Made by a program: the position numbers and the translations under genes. 64,000 bases of DNA from Dendrobates tinctorius. Lineage: Eukaryota. Below are positions 1 through 14,161 of the stretch, piece by piece. The notes beneath the pieces were generated by a model. It ran no database searches and was not told where the DNA came from. It saw only the letters and a list, made by a program, of their open reading frames with translations. Each line of letters starts with the position of its first letter. Position 1 is the first letter of the stretch. The stretch spans positions 25,358,001-25,422,000 of the forward strand of contig NW_027361711.1 of assembly GCF_039654945.1 (NCBI RefSeq), written 5' to 3'.

Positions 1-1200
1 CTGATTCCAGAGCTGCAGCTACTGTGGTGTTATATAGACCGGCAGCAGCATCCACATTGTGTAGGGAACTTATGTCTGTAAGAGAGAGGAGGGATTCAGA
101 CAGTGAGTGTAGATTGAAGTGTTCAAGATTTCTGCAACGGTGTGCAAGTTTGTGGGGTGGGGATTGTAGACCTGGAGAGGAGAGGGAAGAGAATGTATGT
201 AGGTTGTGGTCAGAAAGAGGAAGAGGTGAGTTAGAGAGGTTGGATAGGGAACAGAGGCAGGTGAAGATGAGGTCCAGTGTGTTTGCATCTTTGTGAGTGG
301 CTGCAGAAGCCCATTGATTGAGGCCGAATGAGGAAATGAGAGATAGAAGTTTAGTGGCAGCTGAGAGGGAAGTGTCAATGGGGATGTTGAAGATGATAGT
401 GGGGATGTGAGCAGAAAGGAAATTAAGTAGCCAGGTGGTGAAGTGGTTGGTGAAGGTGGTGGCTGGCCCTGGAGGGCAGTAAATGACAGTCAGTTGGAGG
501 TTCGAGGGGGGAGTAGAGGCACACAGAGTGCACCTCAAACGAAGGGAGGGTAATGGAGGGTGGCAGTGGTATTGGAGTGAAGGAACAGTTATCTGACAGG
601 AGAAAACCAACTCCTCCGCCATGCTTGCTGCTGGTGCGGTGGTGTGTGAAAGGTGGAATCCACCATATGAGACTGCAGCAGGAGAGGCTGTGGCAGAGGG
701 GGTGAGCCAGGTTTTAGTGATGGCGAGGTAGGAAAGTTTTTTAGTAAAGAAAAGATCATGGATGTAGGAAAGTTTGTTGCAGACAGAGTGGGCATTCCAT
801 AGAGCTCCTGTTTGTGGGACTGCGGAAGCGAGGGCTGGGCGAATGGGTATAAGGTTAGGGAGGCTAGAGAAAGTTGTGATAGAGCATGGATGGGAGGTAG
901 AAAAGACTGTGGGAATGAGGTGAGGAGGACCAGGATTTGGAGAGAAATCACAGGCAGTGAGGAGGAGCAGAGAAAGTGTTAGCAGGTGGGAGCAGGAGAG
1001 GGTATGAGGTGGCTGACTGTGTTTGGAGATAGAGGATTGTATGTTGAGGAACAGTTCTGAGGAGGAGATGTATTGGAAGGATTGAAGAAGAGAACAACAG
1101 TTCCTTGCTAGGTGAAGGGATTATGGGGCTTAGCAGAAAGTGAATGATTATAGGGGTGAGGGTGAAAACTAACAGAAACCTTGTTTACAGTGACTGTATC
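1..1200 (-). mobile_element. L2-clade LINE fragment: 5' part of ORF2 (AP endonuclease), degenerate
   Basis: Minus-strand reading across frameshifts gives endonuclease-like motifs (SFEVHSV, LTVIY.PPG, IPTII...NIPID); C/T-rich sense strand typical of L2. Confidence 0.75.
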
Positions 1201-1305
1201 CAGTTCCCTTCAGTTCCCTTCTGGCTCAATCTGGATTAATTCTGAAGCTTCACACTTGTATGATACACATTTATGTCAAACACACTGCAGACTAACTGTC
1301 AATTA

Positions 1306-1380
1306 CTGGCTTCTCTCATCTTTTTAAGTGGGAGAACTTGCACAATTGGTGGCTGACTAAATACTATTTTCCCCACTGTA
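1306..1380. mobile_element. Tc1-like terminal inverted repeat fragment
   Basis: Ends ...gactaaatactattttccccactg|ta, the reverse complement of a TA|CAGTGGGGAAAA.AGTATT Tc1-type terminus. Confidence 0.6.
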
Positions 1381-1389
1381 TAACACCAT

Positions 1390-1990
1390 AATTTGATTAA
1401 ATAAAAAATGAAGAAATGATGGCTCACATGGATATTATCACCAAAAAAGTTCATCACCATGTTCTTGTCCCTATTGTTTTTTTTTTAATTTTCTTCATTC
1501 CTTCGTTCTTTTTGTTCTTTTCTTCTTACACTATTAAAAAAGAAAATAAGGTCATGATCATGGAATATTATTGTTGTTTTATTTTTGTGAAATATATTAC
1601 CAGCTTATATGTCATGTGTTATATCATGTGTTAAGCCTGTGATCTCTGACACTGTTTCATCTATTTAAACAGCAACTCTTTTCGGTTTCTGTATTTATGT
1701 GGCAGGGTCCTGATGAAGAACTCTATTGGACTTTGAAACCATCATCTTTCATTTTAACACGTCTGGACCTACATTTATTCAGCAGCGTGAATCATATTCA
1801 CAGAACTCCTTTTAATTCATTTCTGATACGGTTACCTGCTGACCCGTGGCTCTGCTGTAGCTGGTATCTCTACGATATCCACAAGCTTTACCAAAAGCCA
1901 ATATAAGGTTAGCAGAATCTGTGTATTTTCTACATGTCCACCGGAGAAGACCTTATCTGCACTGACCTCGCCTGCAGTTTTATCATTGAG
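1390..1990 (+). mobile_element. Probable Penelope-like non-coding remnant with a degenerate hammerhead-like core
   Basis: CTGATGA at 1710 and GAAA at about 1735, flanked by complementary ggtcc/ggacc; boundaries approximate. Confidence 0.35.
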
Positions 1991-3424
1991 AATTGCAATG
2001 TAGCTACACAAATCAGATGCTATACTATGTCTCCGTATGACATCCAATTTTTTTCATGCACTAATAGACCTGAATGAGTGAGTCTCATCTCATTTTCGGA
2101 ATAAACTAGTTCATTCTGCAATTTTTTTCACATGCAGTCTTGGTCAGTGAAAACAAAATTTGCTCATTTGCACTACTTTATTGAATAGGATTGGTCCGAG
2201 TGCTTTCCATGCTTTAATGGACAGCACTCGGACCAAAAATACAGTTGTTTGAATGCACCCTTAGTTTGAGTATTAATTTTTGTTTTTAACCTTAGCTGGC
2301 ACTTTACAGTTACACAAAACGGTGAATGGAGTAAATTGCAAAAAAAAAAAAAAATCATATTCTGAAGAATACAAATTTTTGTAAAATTCGAGAATTCAAA
2401 TCCACTTGAATAAATTCTGTCATCTCTATTCATGACAGTACAATTAGAAAAAGACCGAACGAGTCTGGCTTCTTTGGAAGGGTTGCCAGGAAAAAGGCTC
2501 TTCAATTCCACTCGAATAAATTTGCTTATCGCTAGTGAAATGGATATTGCTAAGTTTTATTATTATGTTCTATCACCCATTATAAATACATGAAATATAC
2601 AAATGCACATAGCAGCCAAAATGAAACACAGTCTATATACTTCCAGCTGGGAAAACCAATATCAATTCATTATGATGATCTTTCCAACTGAAATAACTCT
2701 GAAAGCATTTGATACAGCAGAAAATGGACAATTGAATGTACTAACTCAACAATTCTCATCAAGTCCTTAAAAAAAATAGCAAAAAATAACCGAGAAAAAC
2801 ATATCACTACAATATATTTTGCAACTAAACCTATGGAATTTGATATTCCATATGTAGTAGTAGTTAAAAAATATTTAATCTGCAAATGTACAGAGGATTA
2901 TGAAGGCTATGCGTACAATTTAGATGTACAGTATATTGCACACTGTTACTATTCAGCAAGGAGCAGTTGTTGCTCATACTAATGAATGGCAGGGAAAATC
3001 CCTTTAAAACCCTGGAATATTATTTTCACTTTTATTAAGCTTTAAGGAAAATGTATGGAGACATGTACAGTACTTACAGATTTGTACTACTAAGCTATAG
3101 ATATTCTATGGCATTAAATGCTTCCATTGACGCAAGGTTTCTAAGGGAGAATAATTGTGTAAATGAAGCTACACTCTTCAATGTGATATAACAACATGAA
3201 CAATGAATTGTCATGGATTTATGGAAATTATGGAGTCGATAGACATGTTAATGATATGCAAATGATGATAAAAATTGAAACAAAATTATAAAAACAACTT
3301 GATTCATTTGAGTATATTAATGTATGTGGGCCACAATACACACACTTGGCATGCATTCAGTTAGGTTATTAACAGTTATCTGAGGAACATTCCACCTTGC
3401 TAAATGCACTTTGACCTGCAAATC

Positions 3425-4010
3425 ATCACGATCCTGGCGCTGTTATGTCAGAGGCTGTAGACTGTCACATTGCATCTGGCTGCAGAAGGTCTCAGCAGTT
3501 TACTTTGCAGACTTCTTCCTGGTCCTTCTGACTCTATGAACCAGTGGCAACCTTCCCCCAGCTCTAATGGACTCACCTGGACCTGAGTGTTAATAACTCC
3601 CAGCTTGCTGCTGGGAGATACCCATGATATTTTCCATTTCCATTTTCCTGTTGAGGCTTGGAGCTATAGCAGTTGGCTATCTTCCTGTTTGGTGTTTGGA
3701 GGAGGTTTGTATTTCTCTCTGAGTCTACTCAAGCTAAGTGTTCCCCTTGTTTATGTATCCCATTTGTCTTTAGTTAGGGGATCGACCAGTGTTCACCTCA
3801 TTCTTCCCTAAGCAGAGCTTGCTGCTAGGGTCAGGCAGAGATTAGTTATCCTGCTCAGCGATAGGTGCAGAACCTATATAGAGACACTTAGGGCAGACAG
3901 GGTGAAGTTAGATCTGCCTAGGGGTCTCCACTCCCCACTTCTCTAGTGTTGGGCTCCCTTCCCTTTATTCCTTTGTGTTGCACTTAGTCTTTCTTACACT
4001 GTGTGTGACA
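3425..4010 (+). mobile_element. Degenerate solo LTR nested in the Tc1 element
   Basis: Interrupts the Tc1 transposase, ends in ...gtgtgaca; start is degraded and no clean TSD is visible. Confidence 0.5.
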
Positions 4011-4129
4011 GATCCTCTGCTGTGAGTTCTTTGCAAGTGTTTCCCAGATGTGTTTGATTGGAGACAAGTCAAGGGAGGCTGCAGGCCATGGAAGCATGTA
4101 TAGGTGATACAGCCTGCTCACAGTATCAC

Positions 4130-5143
4130 TGTAAGGGGGTGAGATAGAATTACCTCCTTGCTTCCCTTCTTCTAATTGTCTTCTATCTGTTGATATTTAC
4201 ATATGCTATTGTCGATAATGTCTATGATAAATATTTGCGGTACTGCTAAGTAAGATGCATTATCTCTCACATTTATGGTATTGCCACATTCATACATGTG
4301 TTACCATTCTTTAGAGAACTGTATTATATTGTGTTGTGTTCCTTTAGTGTAATATTGTATATCTTATATGTGATGTTTACTAATGTTCATGTACAGTTTA
4401 GGGAAAGTAAGGTGCATCCTTTTGGGACATTGGTGGTAAGACAGGAGTTTCTAGGAAGTTAGGTCAGGGTGCCCGAAGTGTCCACATGGGCTATAGGTCC
4501 GGACAGCTGGGCAGCCACGTAACATTAAATTGCTGCAGCCCACGTTACCAATGGCCACTGTGCATAAAAGCAGTGGGCCAGAACAGGGAAGGAAAGATGT
4601 GGTGACTCATCGCCTGGGTGGATGCCTTTAGGGCAGGAGTCGGTTGGACTGAGATGAAGGAAGTCAGAGCTTCGACGAGATCGGTACAGATGGGCCAGAT
4701 GCTTTACCAGAGGCAACCAAACATGGTGACTGATGATTTCAAGTCTGGGGCAAAACAGGCAGAAGGAATTGTCACCATGACGAGGTTAGGCCAGGAAGGA
4801 ATTGGGGAGCAGTCTAGGACGGTCCGGTCCGAGCATGTACTGCACAGAAGCGACAGCCAAACAGGGAAAGATGAAAAAACAAGTGAATTTCATGATATAC
4901 CAACTGTGGATGTGACGTGTGAAGTATTCAGTAAAGAGAATGTTAAAGTTATCTTGGACTGTGTCTCCATTGCTGGGGCTTGCATGGAAGAGGGACTGTC
5001 GTTGCCTGGGAAATGCCTGGGGGAATCTGGATTTGGAGATGCCGGTACGCTAAAGAGAAGAATACAGCTTTTTGTAGAGGAAGGACGCAACATAGATGTT
5101 TCAGTAATTCAGGTCACAACTACAGTCCTGTCCTCCCCTTACA
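4130..5143. mobile_element. Solo LTR (Gypsy-like) nested in the Tc1 element
   Basis: Termini TGTAAGGGG...CCCCTTACA, 4-bp TSD TCAC on both sides; Tc1 coding sequence resumes on each flank. Confidence 0.8.
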
Positions 5144-7489
5144 TCACGATAAACTTGCAACTTTGCAATGTTGTGTTGAAAATGGCTCCTGAAATGGTCC
5201 TATCACTAGTTCCGTGACTGAATCAATGTAACGTGGAGCTGTTAATTCTCCTGGAATGAAGACCAGAGGGGTCCGGCTACCATACATTATGACTCCATAT
5301 AGCATAATCACAAGAGTAGGACTGGTGTGATATTCCTTTGTGAGGGCTGCTTTACTGTGTTGCCTATGTTTGCGTCAGACAAATCTCGAACTATCATTGC
5401 ATCAAAGAAAGAAAACAGGACTCATTGCTGAAGAGGACCTCCATTCTAGCATCCATTGCTATCTTGCTCTGCGCCATGACAGCTTTTAGAGAATGGTGGA
5501 GTGGGGTCAATGGAATACCTGTAGCTGAACAACTGTCTCATAGCCAACAGCCATCCGAACTAGTTCTGATGGTTTGTAAATGCACTGTTTGATGCCATAG
5601 GCTTGGTATATAACATTTGTCATAGAAAATTATAACATATCAGTAAGATACCTCCAGAGAAGGTACTTGCACCCTTCATATGGAATATATGGGATTAATT
5701 ATAGCTGAAAAGAGAGAAACAATTATATCTAGGGGAGGGAAAAACTAATTAAAACAGGAGAAGTAATAGAGAGAGCTGACACTCCAACCTCCAATGAAGT
5801 AGTCCTTGCAGTGACCATGTAATTACAGCAGAGAAATGCTTTGAGAAAAAGACAGCAAGTCTGATATCTGCATATTCAAGACCCAGAGAAGTGGAAAATC
5901 TAACACCTTCAGAGGTAGCTATTGTTATCTTCAAAGAAACACTGGACAATTTCAGTTAGACAATCTGTCTGCAGTGTCCAGATATGAATATTGGGATTTT
6001 GCATTGACCTGATAGTTATGGGAGATACATTTTCTGAACAGACGTGACACATTCACGCACCTCACTGTAAGGCCCATTATAACCCCTTCACCTTAACAAT
6101 GGTGCTATCCAGACTATATTTCATCTCTATAGACAAATAATCTCACAATAAAAAATATGACAACAATATCTACCCCATGGTACCTCCAGGAGCGAAGATA
6201 TCCTGTAAATTGAGGTTATCAAAAAATTTTGAAAGACTTAGCACATCCTACAATTAGCCCCAAATGAGCTCATCAACGTGATGTATGTGGGCATTTAATT
6301 GAGCTAATAAAATGAAAGTTTGGGTCTCTGTCATTGTTCATACTGGAAGTCATAGTTCGCTGAGAGAATGGTCCATTTTCCCAATTGGAGTACTTCCCTC
6401 CTCTAAGCTCAGAGCCCTTTCCGTGACATCAGGCTTAGCAATACTCTTTCATTATTCCTTTCTTTTTTATGTAATTGGACATATTATATTGTTTTGTTCT
6501 CATTTTGTATCATCTTTATATATTTTTTTTATAAACACTGCCTACATTTCTGGATTAAATATCTACAGTAAAATGTAATAGCTCGTTTACGCTTGCTCTG
6601 TAAACCGCACCAATGATGCCACACTACCTATAATGGGTATTCAATCGGCCTGTATAAATGTTTGGAGGTGGAATCTAGTAGTGGTTCTGTTTTGTGTTAT
6701 TGCGGAGCTGGCAGTGACCATATCACAGTATATATGTATATTCCAAGTATTGGAATCAGAGATGCATATACCATATGATCACTGTGAGTCCCCAATAACT
6801 AACCTAATAGTGGAAGCAGCTGGGTCCTTGTCCATCACTTGTGAGCCAATTTCGTAACTGTCCTGATGATTGGAGACAGCGGAATTGTGTTTCCCTGGCA
6901 AACAGTTGACAGGAGGAGTGATCTGCGTGATCAAGGTGGTGTCATCTGTGACAAAGTGGTGTCAGTGGTGCAATCTGCGAGACCACCCCGCTGTTATTCT
7001 TGACAACTTGTGGCAGCGGTGAGATCTGCGTGACTTCCCCCCAGCTGTTATCGCTCACAACATTCATTTTCACTATCAGTACACAATGGATCAAAGAATC
7101 CCAGGAGTTATTTTTCAACACAACAACACCAAGCAGCATGTTGCTCTTGCTACTGTTCACAAACATGTGGCCTAAAAGTGCTACTATAGTCTGAACAGTC
7201 AATACATAATAAATCAAGATTTTTTGATAATTTTTTTTCATTCTTTCATCATTTGCATATGATTACCATGTCTATTGATATTGTGATTTCCACAATTCTG
7301 TGACTTTTCCTTATTGGAATTGCAATTTCAATGCTGAGAAGTTTTTGATAGATTGCATATACAATAATTGACCTAATTGCAAATAGTTTAAAAAAAGTAA
7401 AGTAATTTGTAATTTAAAAACATCTTGCCAAATATGTGATGAAGGTTAAATGAAGGCAACAAAATTTTGTTTTCAACAATATCACTTAA

Positions 7490-7856
7490 AAGGGTGTTCT
7501 CATGTTTAACCAATGGATAGGGGATAACTTTCTGATTGCTGACAATTTTATTCCTGTGGCCCTAACTATTCCTGAGAACTGGGGCTCTGAATGAAGAGGA
7601 GGTCCATTATTTGCACAACTGCAATGTTAATAGCAACGCCAGAGATTACAGAGCACAGTGCTTGGCTAATCTTTGGCTCTTCAATTAAAATGAATGGACA
7701 GACAGTGTGCATGATTGACTTCCTCTTAATACAGCCAGGGCTCAAGCCCCACTTTTTGGGCTTAGTTGGGGACCATGGTGGTCAGGCTCCCAACAATCGG
7801 AAAGTTATCCGCTATTCTCTGGATAGGGGATAATTCTTATATTTGAGAATACCCCT
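7490..7856. mobile_element. T2/Kolobok-type MITE
   Basis: TTAA|AAGGGTGTTCTC ... GAGAATACCCCT|TTAA: inverted termini with TTAA TSD. Confidence 0.7.
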
Positions 7857-8859
7857 TTAACATCACTACACCTTTACACATTTACAGGCTATGCCTGTGT
7901 GACATTCGCTTTCATTAACCAATAAATGATTCACTCTATAGTAATGAAAATAGCTCACTGATTACCAAACAGCAAGGCCACATAATTGGCCACTATGCAA
8001 TTTCCAGTGAGCAGTCAGCAATTCATGAATTGCCCTAGTACAACTCTCTATCTATCACCTCAATAACAGCCTCATGATGATGCCCTGCACCCCACACTTT
8101 CCTCGATCCCCTCTCCAAGTCACTTGCACCTCTCTGGCACTATTTTCCAGAAAAAAATTTATGCACCTCTGCCCTAGATAATCCTTTTAACAAATTTTAG
8201 AACCCCCAGGGATACTGGTTGAGAGGCTTAAAAGTCAGAATGAATAAGAAGAAACATTTTCTTCTCACTAAGGCTTGTAATGCCCAGATTTCATAATTTT
8301 GATATCATTTAAATTGATATAATCTTGACAAGCCTCCATTATCGATAAGAACAAGTGAATGCTTCTTAAAAGGGATGTCTACTTTCAGTAAATTAGTCCC
8401 AAAAGTGTGTAAAGAACATACAATGACAAAGTCATCAGGCAGTCACCATCCATCCTTAGGTCCAGCACCAGCTTCCTGCTACTGCTCCGATTCTGGTATT
8501 AGGATTAGAGTGGTCAACAGTATTTGTCACCACACTGGCCTCTCACTGATCTCATTTCTAATGAAGACGTTGATGGAGCATGATGTAGAACTTTGTGTAC
8601 ATCACTGCTCTAGTCACAACACCAGGACAGCAGCCGTAGCTTTAAGCAAAAACTGGACCCATGGGAGGAACTACATGATGAGTTTGTTATTTTATGCATT
8701 TTACACAATATGGGGACCATTTACTGGAGCCTGCAAAATGTGAGTATGCTCCTGTAATAGAATGCCATCATTGCAACAAATTAATTCATATAATCTCTTC
8801 CTCCTCCTAAATATTCCACAAAAAGCTGTGAATGATATTTTTGAAAAGTGAGACATTTA

Positions 8860-9762
8860 GGAACCACAGCAACACAGCAATGAAAAGGCAGAACACGAGA
8901 AGTTAGTGAGAGGAGTACCGAGTTCTTAAGTCTATAGCGCTTAAAAGGATTACATCATCAAACATAATGGCAAGTGTCCGCTGGATGGATAAAGCATGCC
9001 ACCGCTTGGCTCTGGAGCTGTGGCAATAAACATGTTATATGGACACATTTCCATCAGTGCTCCAGAGACCAGCGGTGGCATGCTTTACATGCTTTGGAGG
9101 GCTGACTTCATTGTGCCAACTGTAAAGTTTGATGGAGGAGAGAAATGCTGTGGAGCTTTTTTCAATGCTTGGTCACAGCTTCCTAGTTTTAGAAAAGTCC
9201 TAATGAATATACCAATATATTTTGGACTATTATATACTTCCAACTTTGTGGGAGCAGTTATGCAAATGCCTTACTCCACAAAGCAAGAGATTTAAATATG
9301 GAAGAACTTCACTGTCTGCACACAGTCCAGATTTCAACCCCATTGAATACCTTTGGCTTGAACTAGAATGGAAATGATGAGCCAGTTCCTCACCATCCTA
9401 AATGACACACTCTAGAGTCAAGCAGAAAGCCTTACCATAAGGGTGATACCTGTTTTAGCTGCAAAGTGGAGACCAAAGTTTTGTTAATAGTTATGCTGTA
9501 GATTAACAAAGAGAAATCAAAAAGCCCCATACAGGTGTAATTCAGGGGATGACATATCACTAGTACAATGTTTTGTTGCTGCACGTGGCCCAACAGGTAA
9601 AGGGGCCCATGTAGGCCTACAAAACAAGTTGAATTATGCTGTATGATGAGCGGTTTGATGAGCTATTGGACTGGAAAGGGCCCATACATTGTTTTACGAC
9701 ATGGCCCCTTTTTCTGTCTGTGTAATATGTAGGTGTCCCAATACTTTTGTCCATTTGGTGTG
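8860..9762 (+). mobile_element. Degenerate Tc1-like element
   Basis: Relic motifs VPTVKFDGG and SPDFNPIEYLW; right end ...cccaatacttttgtcca resembles a Tc1 TIR. Confidence 0.6.
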
Positions 9763-10221
9763 GATTAAAAAAAAAATATCTGACCAGTTTTTCCTAATAG
9801 CAGGAAGCAAGTGTAAGTAGCTGAGAGTATGTTACTGCTGTAAACACAAATAATGAGAAGTACTTTTTATGTGCCAAAATATATGCATACATTAAATATA
9901 TGAAATGTAAACTGCATTGCCGTCGTATAGAATATGATTAAAAAAACTGTCATACTTAGTGCACAAAATGCTAATTTGTGTGTGCCCACCAGCCACAACA
10001 AGCTACACCTTTCTTTTTTAAGACCCTAAATTTTTCTATCAAACATGCCACTCCTGAGCCAAAAGTTTATAAATTTATAGGACAGGTAGACTTCAGCACT
10101 AATGATTAATAACTTGTTATTGATGTGAGGAGTGTTCTGCCAACTATGATGACAGCGACAATATCATTTGTATGCTACGGAAAAAAAATGACCAGTGACT
10201 TTTAACAGAGTGAAGCACGGG

Positions 10222-10473
10222 TCAATAGGTGGAAGCAGCTGTTGTAATCTCAGAAAAATCTATTCTAGCACAAAATATTGAAAAGGTTAATGAAGTCTGT
10301 AATGCGAAGGTGGCAGAAAATCTAGAGCATCGCAGCTTGCTTGGTTCACTGTCCACTGCCGAAGATCTTACATTGGGTATATTAGCGTTGAAAGAAAGTG
10401 GTCTTGTCTGTTGTTTATCAGTTAGAAATATATGTTCTTTCCTGCAGAAGTATTGTCGGTTTCTCATTTCATC
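10222..10473 (-). other. Possible terminal coding exon of an unidentified host gene
   Basis: Non-repetitive-looking; acceptor-like cacttttag precedes an open frame DEMRNRQYFC...TTAASTY*. No family recognised. Confidence 0.2.
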
Positions 10474-10701
10474 CTAAAAGTGATTTGTCATTACATATAG
10501 GGGATTCATTAGGTATACTCATCTCGATCTTGATGGATTAATGAGGCAGAAAATGGAAAGGACTGTGTTATAAAGCAGATGGAAAGGGCAAACACTCATG
10601 GTGCAAGGTGGGCAATAGTGGCAAGGATGCCACCTTTTTCTCCTCAAACTCAGCAATCTACAAAAATACCTAATAAATGCGTATAAGTTATTTTGGACAT
10701 A

Positions 10702-11974
10702 TGTGGCGCCCCTGAGGCTTCAGTCGCCACAGAGGTACTGCACCTTCTCCTAAGGTGTAGTGCCCCACCATCCAGGTAGGGTGGGAGCTCCTGACCACAC
10801 TCCACACCAGCATTCCACACACAGGATAGTTCATTGAGGCCACCTAACAGCTTCAGGCTGGGGGTTAGCAGAGCACCCCTCGTGGAACCCTGCTTCATAA
10901 CACGAGATGTGCTGGGAGGCGGGTGGAGAGATATGATACAAAAGAGTGGAAAGAGTGAAAGTTAGTTGGTTAGAGGAGAGAGAAGATGGGTGTCTGAGGG
11001 ACGTGCTGCAGCAGGTCCCAGTGATGTGGGCTGCTGGCACGAGAAAGACCAGAGAAAGAGACAGATAAGATTGATAACCTAACCTTCCATAAGAGAGAGA
11101 GAACAGATCGGAACGAAGGAGAATAGAAGGACGGTGGGAAGCTGGTTGAAGAAAGATAGAGAACCCTTCCAGTCCAGAGAGCGCAAAGGCCGGGGACCGG
11201 TCCCCGAGGTTGATTGGATCTTTAAGTCCGGCAACAGACACCGGAGGAGTAGTGAGCCGCTAACGCCTTGCTCCCATCATAGACTTGGGACACAACAGCA
11301 ACTGAATAGAGAGCCGGGACGCAGTGAGGAGTCCCCAAAGCAGGCTACAGCTGTCTGTCATACAAGTAAAGACTAGGAACACCTAGAGAGAGGCATTCCA
11401 GGGTAACTAAGTACTGGAGTGCTTCGCACCTAAAGGCGCATTGGAGGAGTCGTTCAGTAAGGTACATATTGGCGGAGTGTGGAAGGGAGAATCCTATCCT
11501 GCCTGGAGGTTGGCTGGAGCCCTGACCTGGAGAACACGGTACGGAGGCAGGCAGTTGAGTGAACTGCAAACAGTGAGTAAAGCTTTGGAACCGCATACTC
11601 TGGTGTCCTCCAGTTATTCCCGCACCACAACACCTGGCTACCAGCCTCCATACCATTCTGCGCCTCGCCTCATCCATTGCACCTACACTGCCCTGGGACT
11701 ACAGCTCCACCTGTGGGGAGCTATACCATCTCTGCTGCACCACACCATCAGTCCCAGCAGATCTGTATGCAGCGTTGGCTTATCATCTTTCTTACCAAAC
11801 ACCACGGGTGGCGTCACAAACTATTCTAATAAACTTTAACACCATTAACATCACCACCATTGATATTGGGCGCCCAGGGCCACGGACCGGGTCACCACTG
11901 CTGTGACACATTCCCACCCTGACACCGGCCCGGTACCGAGTACCCCGCTGCCCTGGGTGTGCGAGGGCGACCCA
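10702..11974 (+). mobile_element. Solo LTR (TGTGGCGCCCC...GGGCGACCCA family)
   Basis: TG...CA termini with 4-bp TSD CATA on both sides; ends resemble the LTR at 53785-54775. Confidence 0.8.
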
Positions 11975-13814
11975 CATACACTGTAGTAGGGAAGAATACC
12001 TGGTCAATCAACACAATGCCTTAGTTTTTAACAACATATATTATAAATATTTCAAGCAGTTTCGAGCAAATAATGAATACCATGAATTGATAAAATGTGA
12101 TAAAACAAATCCTTAAGCACATATTATGCCATTTAATCCTTAGGCTTTATTTAATGCTCTGATTTTGCAACTTAAATGTATCCATTCCAAGCATATGTTA
12201 TCTAAAGCAATTTTTTTGTGAAGGTCTTCATTTGACATATCTGCTACATGTTGATATTTGTGTTTGGCTGTAATCCCGCAGGCAATTTACCGTACACTGT
12301 ATATGTCCTCTGGCTTGGTTTTCTGCACAGCTGCCATGTTGCTCGTCCAAAAATGAAGGCCAATTAGTATTATCCTCTCTCTAGGATTTTAACGAATAAA
12401 AATATACTGTACTATATTAAACAGATAAAAATACAGGGCTTTCTACTTTTTATTTTACAATAATAAGAAAGCCACATCAAAATACAATGCTCACAAATAT
12501 ATACAATGAAGCCCACGATATACCGTAAATGACCTGTATGGTCATATTTTTAAGTTATATGTAGGATGTTTAAAGGGAAGCCATGGACAAACCACTAAAT
12601 ATCAGTGATCTCATGATAAGTGAAGTAGAGTAGTTACACTATATGCAAGAATCAAAAGCTCTACCGTGCTTACAAACAGCAAACAAGAGCACAGTGCAAA
12701 TGAGTAGTAATGTCATGGAAAAGAATACATGGTGCCATGTTGTTTCCTAGAAGAAAGGATTGCATATTTCAGCATTACATGCATACAGTGCAAGTTATTT
12801 GTTTCCTTGTAGCTTGGTTGCATCTATACCTTTCTTTAGCGGGAAAGTTGCATATTGTGAATATAGGAGTTCATTCTCTGACTTCTTGGTAATAACTCCT
12901 GTGTTGCACCTATGTTTCTACCTAGCTCCATCCGAGTCCCTGAATGTTTCCTATGCATCTGAAGTTATTATCTCTTCCCTGTATAAGGGATGCAGTTTTA
13001 CAGTAGAAGAGTACATACGATTAGCAGTGTTTATAAAATTCCTTTGAGTTACACTAATCTCTACTGTATTTTATGGTATGAACCTACATAGAAAACGGAG
13101 TATAACGCCATAGAGTCAATAACCATAAATGGTTATAATATCAAAAATTATTCGCTCTTTATTAGTACAGGTGCATAAAAGGTGTACATTACAAAATACA
13201 ATCATATGATCAGATGTCGAACATGACACTAAGAAAGAGAGGGGATGGATACACCGCACATGTATGGTAAATGCAATGGTACAAAAAATGATAATACATA
13301 GCCCCAAAAACCTGCATAAAGACTGATACCCATGCTGAAGAGTCTCACGCTTGGCCGTCTAGTGTTACTACCAAAGTGAAGTACATACCAAAAGACATGG
13401 GGAATTCATACAGGACCTTCCAGTAAAGTGCTATGTGCAAAAAGGTGTGGGGAAAATTATGGAAAGGTAACCATGCTTACCCATAAGGAAAGTGCATGTG
13501 CGTGGTGTCCAGCCCCATAAATTGTGTATTCTATGGTATGCAGTTTCAAAAGCGCTGACAGGGTTGAGATTCATAGGATCAAAGGCGAAGGTAGAGGTTC
13601 AGCCCAGGAAGAGCTACACACTTCTGAGTGAGCTCTACCCAGGTAAGCTCATTTACAATTGTAGTGGCACACATTAAATTTAATTAGAGTGATTGTAAAC
13701 ACACCAGAGGGCACCTCAGAGCATCCAGACTGAACAAGGGTATACATCTCTATATCCAGACACGCTCCAGCTATGATGTGAGATGCGCCTCAGGCATTGG
13801 TCAAACCTGTTTAA

Positions 13815-14161
13815 GGGTTCTTTTACACTTGCCGTGATTTTGTGGACCAATAGTTTTCTATGGGGCCGCAAAAAATTAGCAGGAGGGCCGTGCTCCATAT
13901 GGCTGTGAGCGCCGTATTTGCGTCCGTGAAAAAATATCGAGCTTGCTCAATATTTTTCATGGCTTACGGACATGGCCGCAATAGATTTCATTGGTGCTGC
14001 AAAAACAACAGTAGCTTGTTTTTGCAGTACACCGTATTTGCGATCCAAGAAGGTTTTTTGCGGCACGTTTTTGTGGGAAACCGTGAAAATCATGGTAATA
14101 CGGCCTGCAAAAAAGGCCCGCAAAAACGGGCCAAAAAAACACGGGAAGTGTAAAAGAACCC
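13815..14161. mobile_element. Harbinger/PIF-type MITE
   Basis: TIR GGGTTCTTTTACACTT / AAGTGTAAAAGAACCC; TAA TSD on both sides. Confidence 0.85.

Larger units (their letters stand above)
3170..7345 (-). mobile_element. Old Tc1-like element fragmented by nested insertions
   Basis: Degenerate TIRs: gatagacatgttaatgatatgcaaatgatga near 3240 versus tcatcatttgcatatgattaccatgtctat near 7250. Minus-strand transposase pieces: VLFSNESCF (about 5430), IMYGSRTPLVFIPGEL (about 5270), PWPAASLDLSPIKHIW (about 4060). Confidence 0.7.

Noticed and set aside
4618-5217. 199-aa ORF
   Set aside because: It runs across the LTR/Tc1 boundary at 5143 and has no recognisable domain, so it is a chance ORF.
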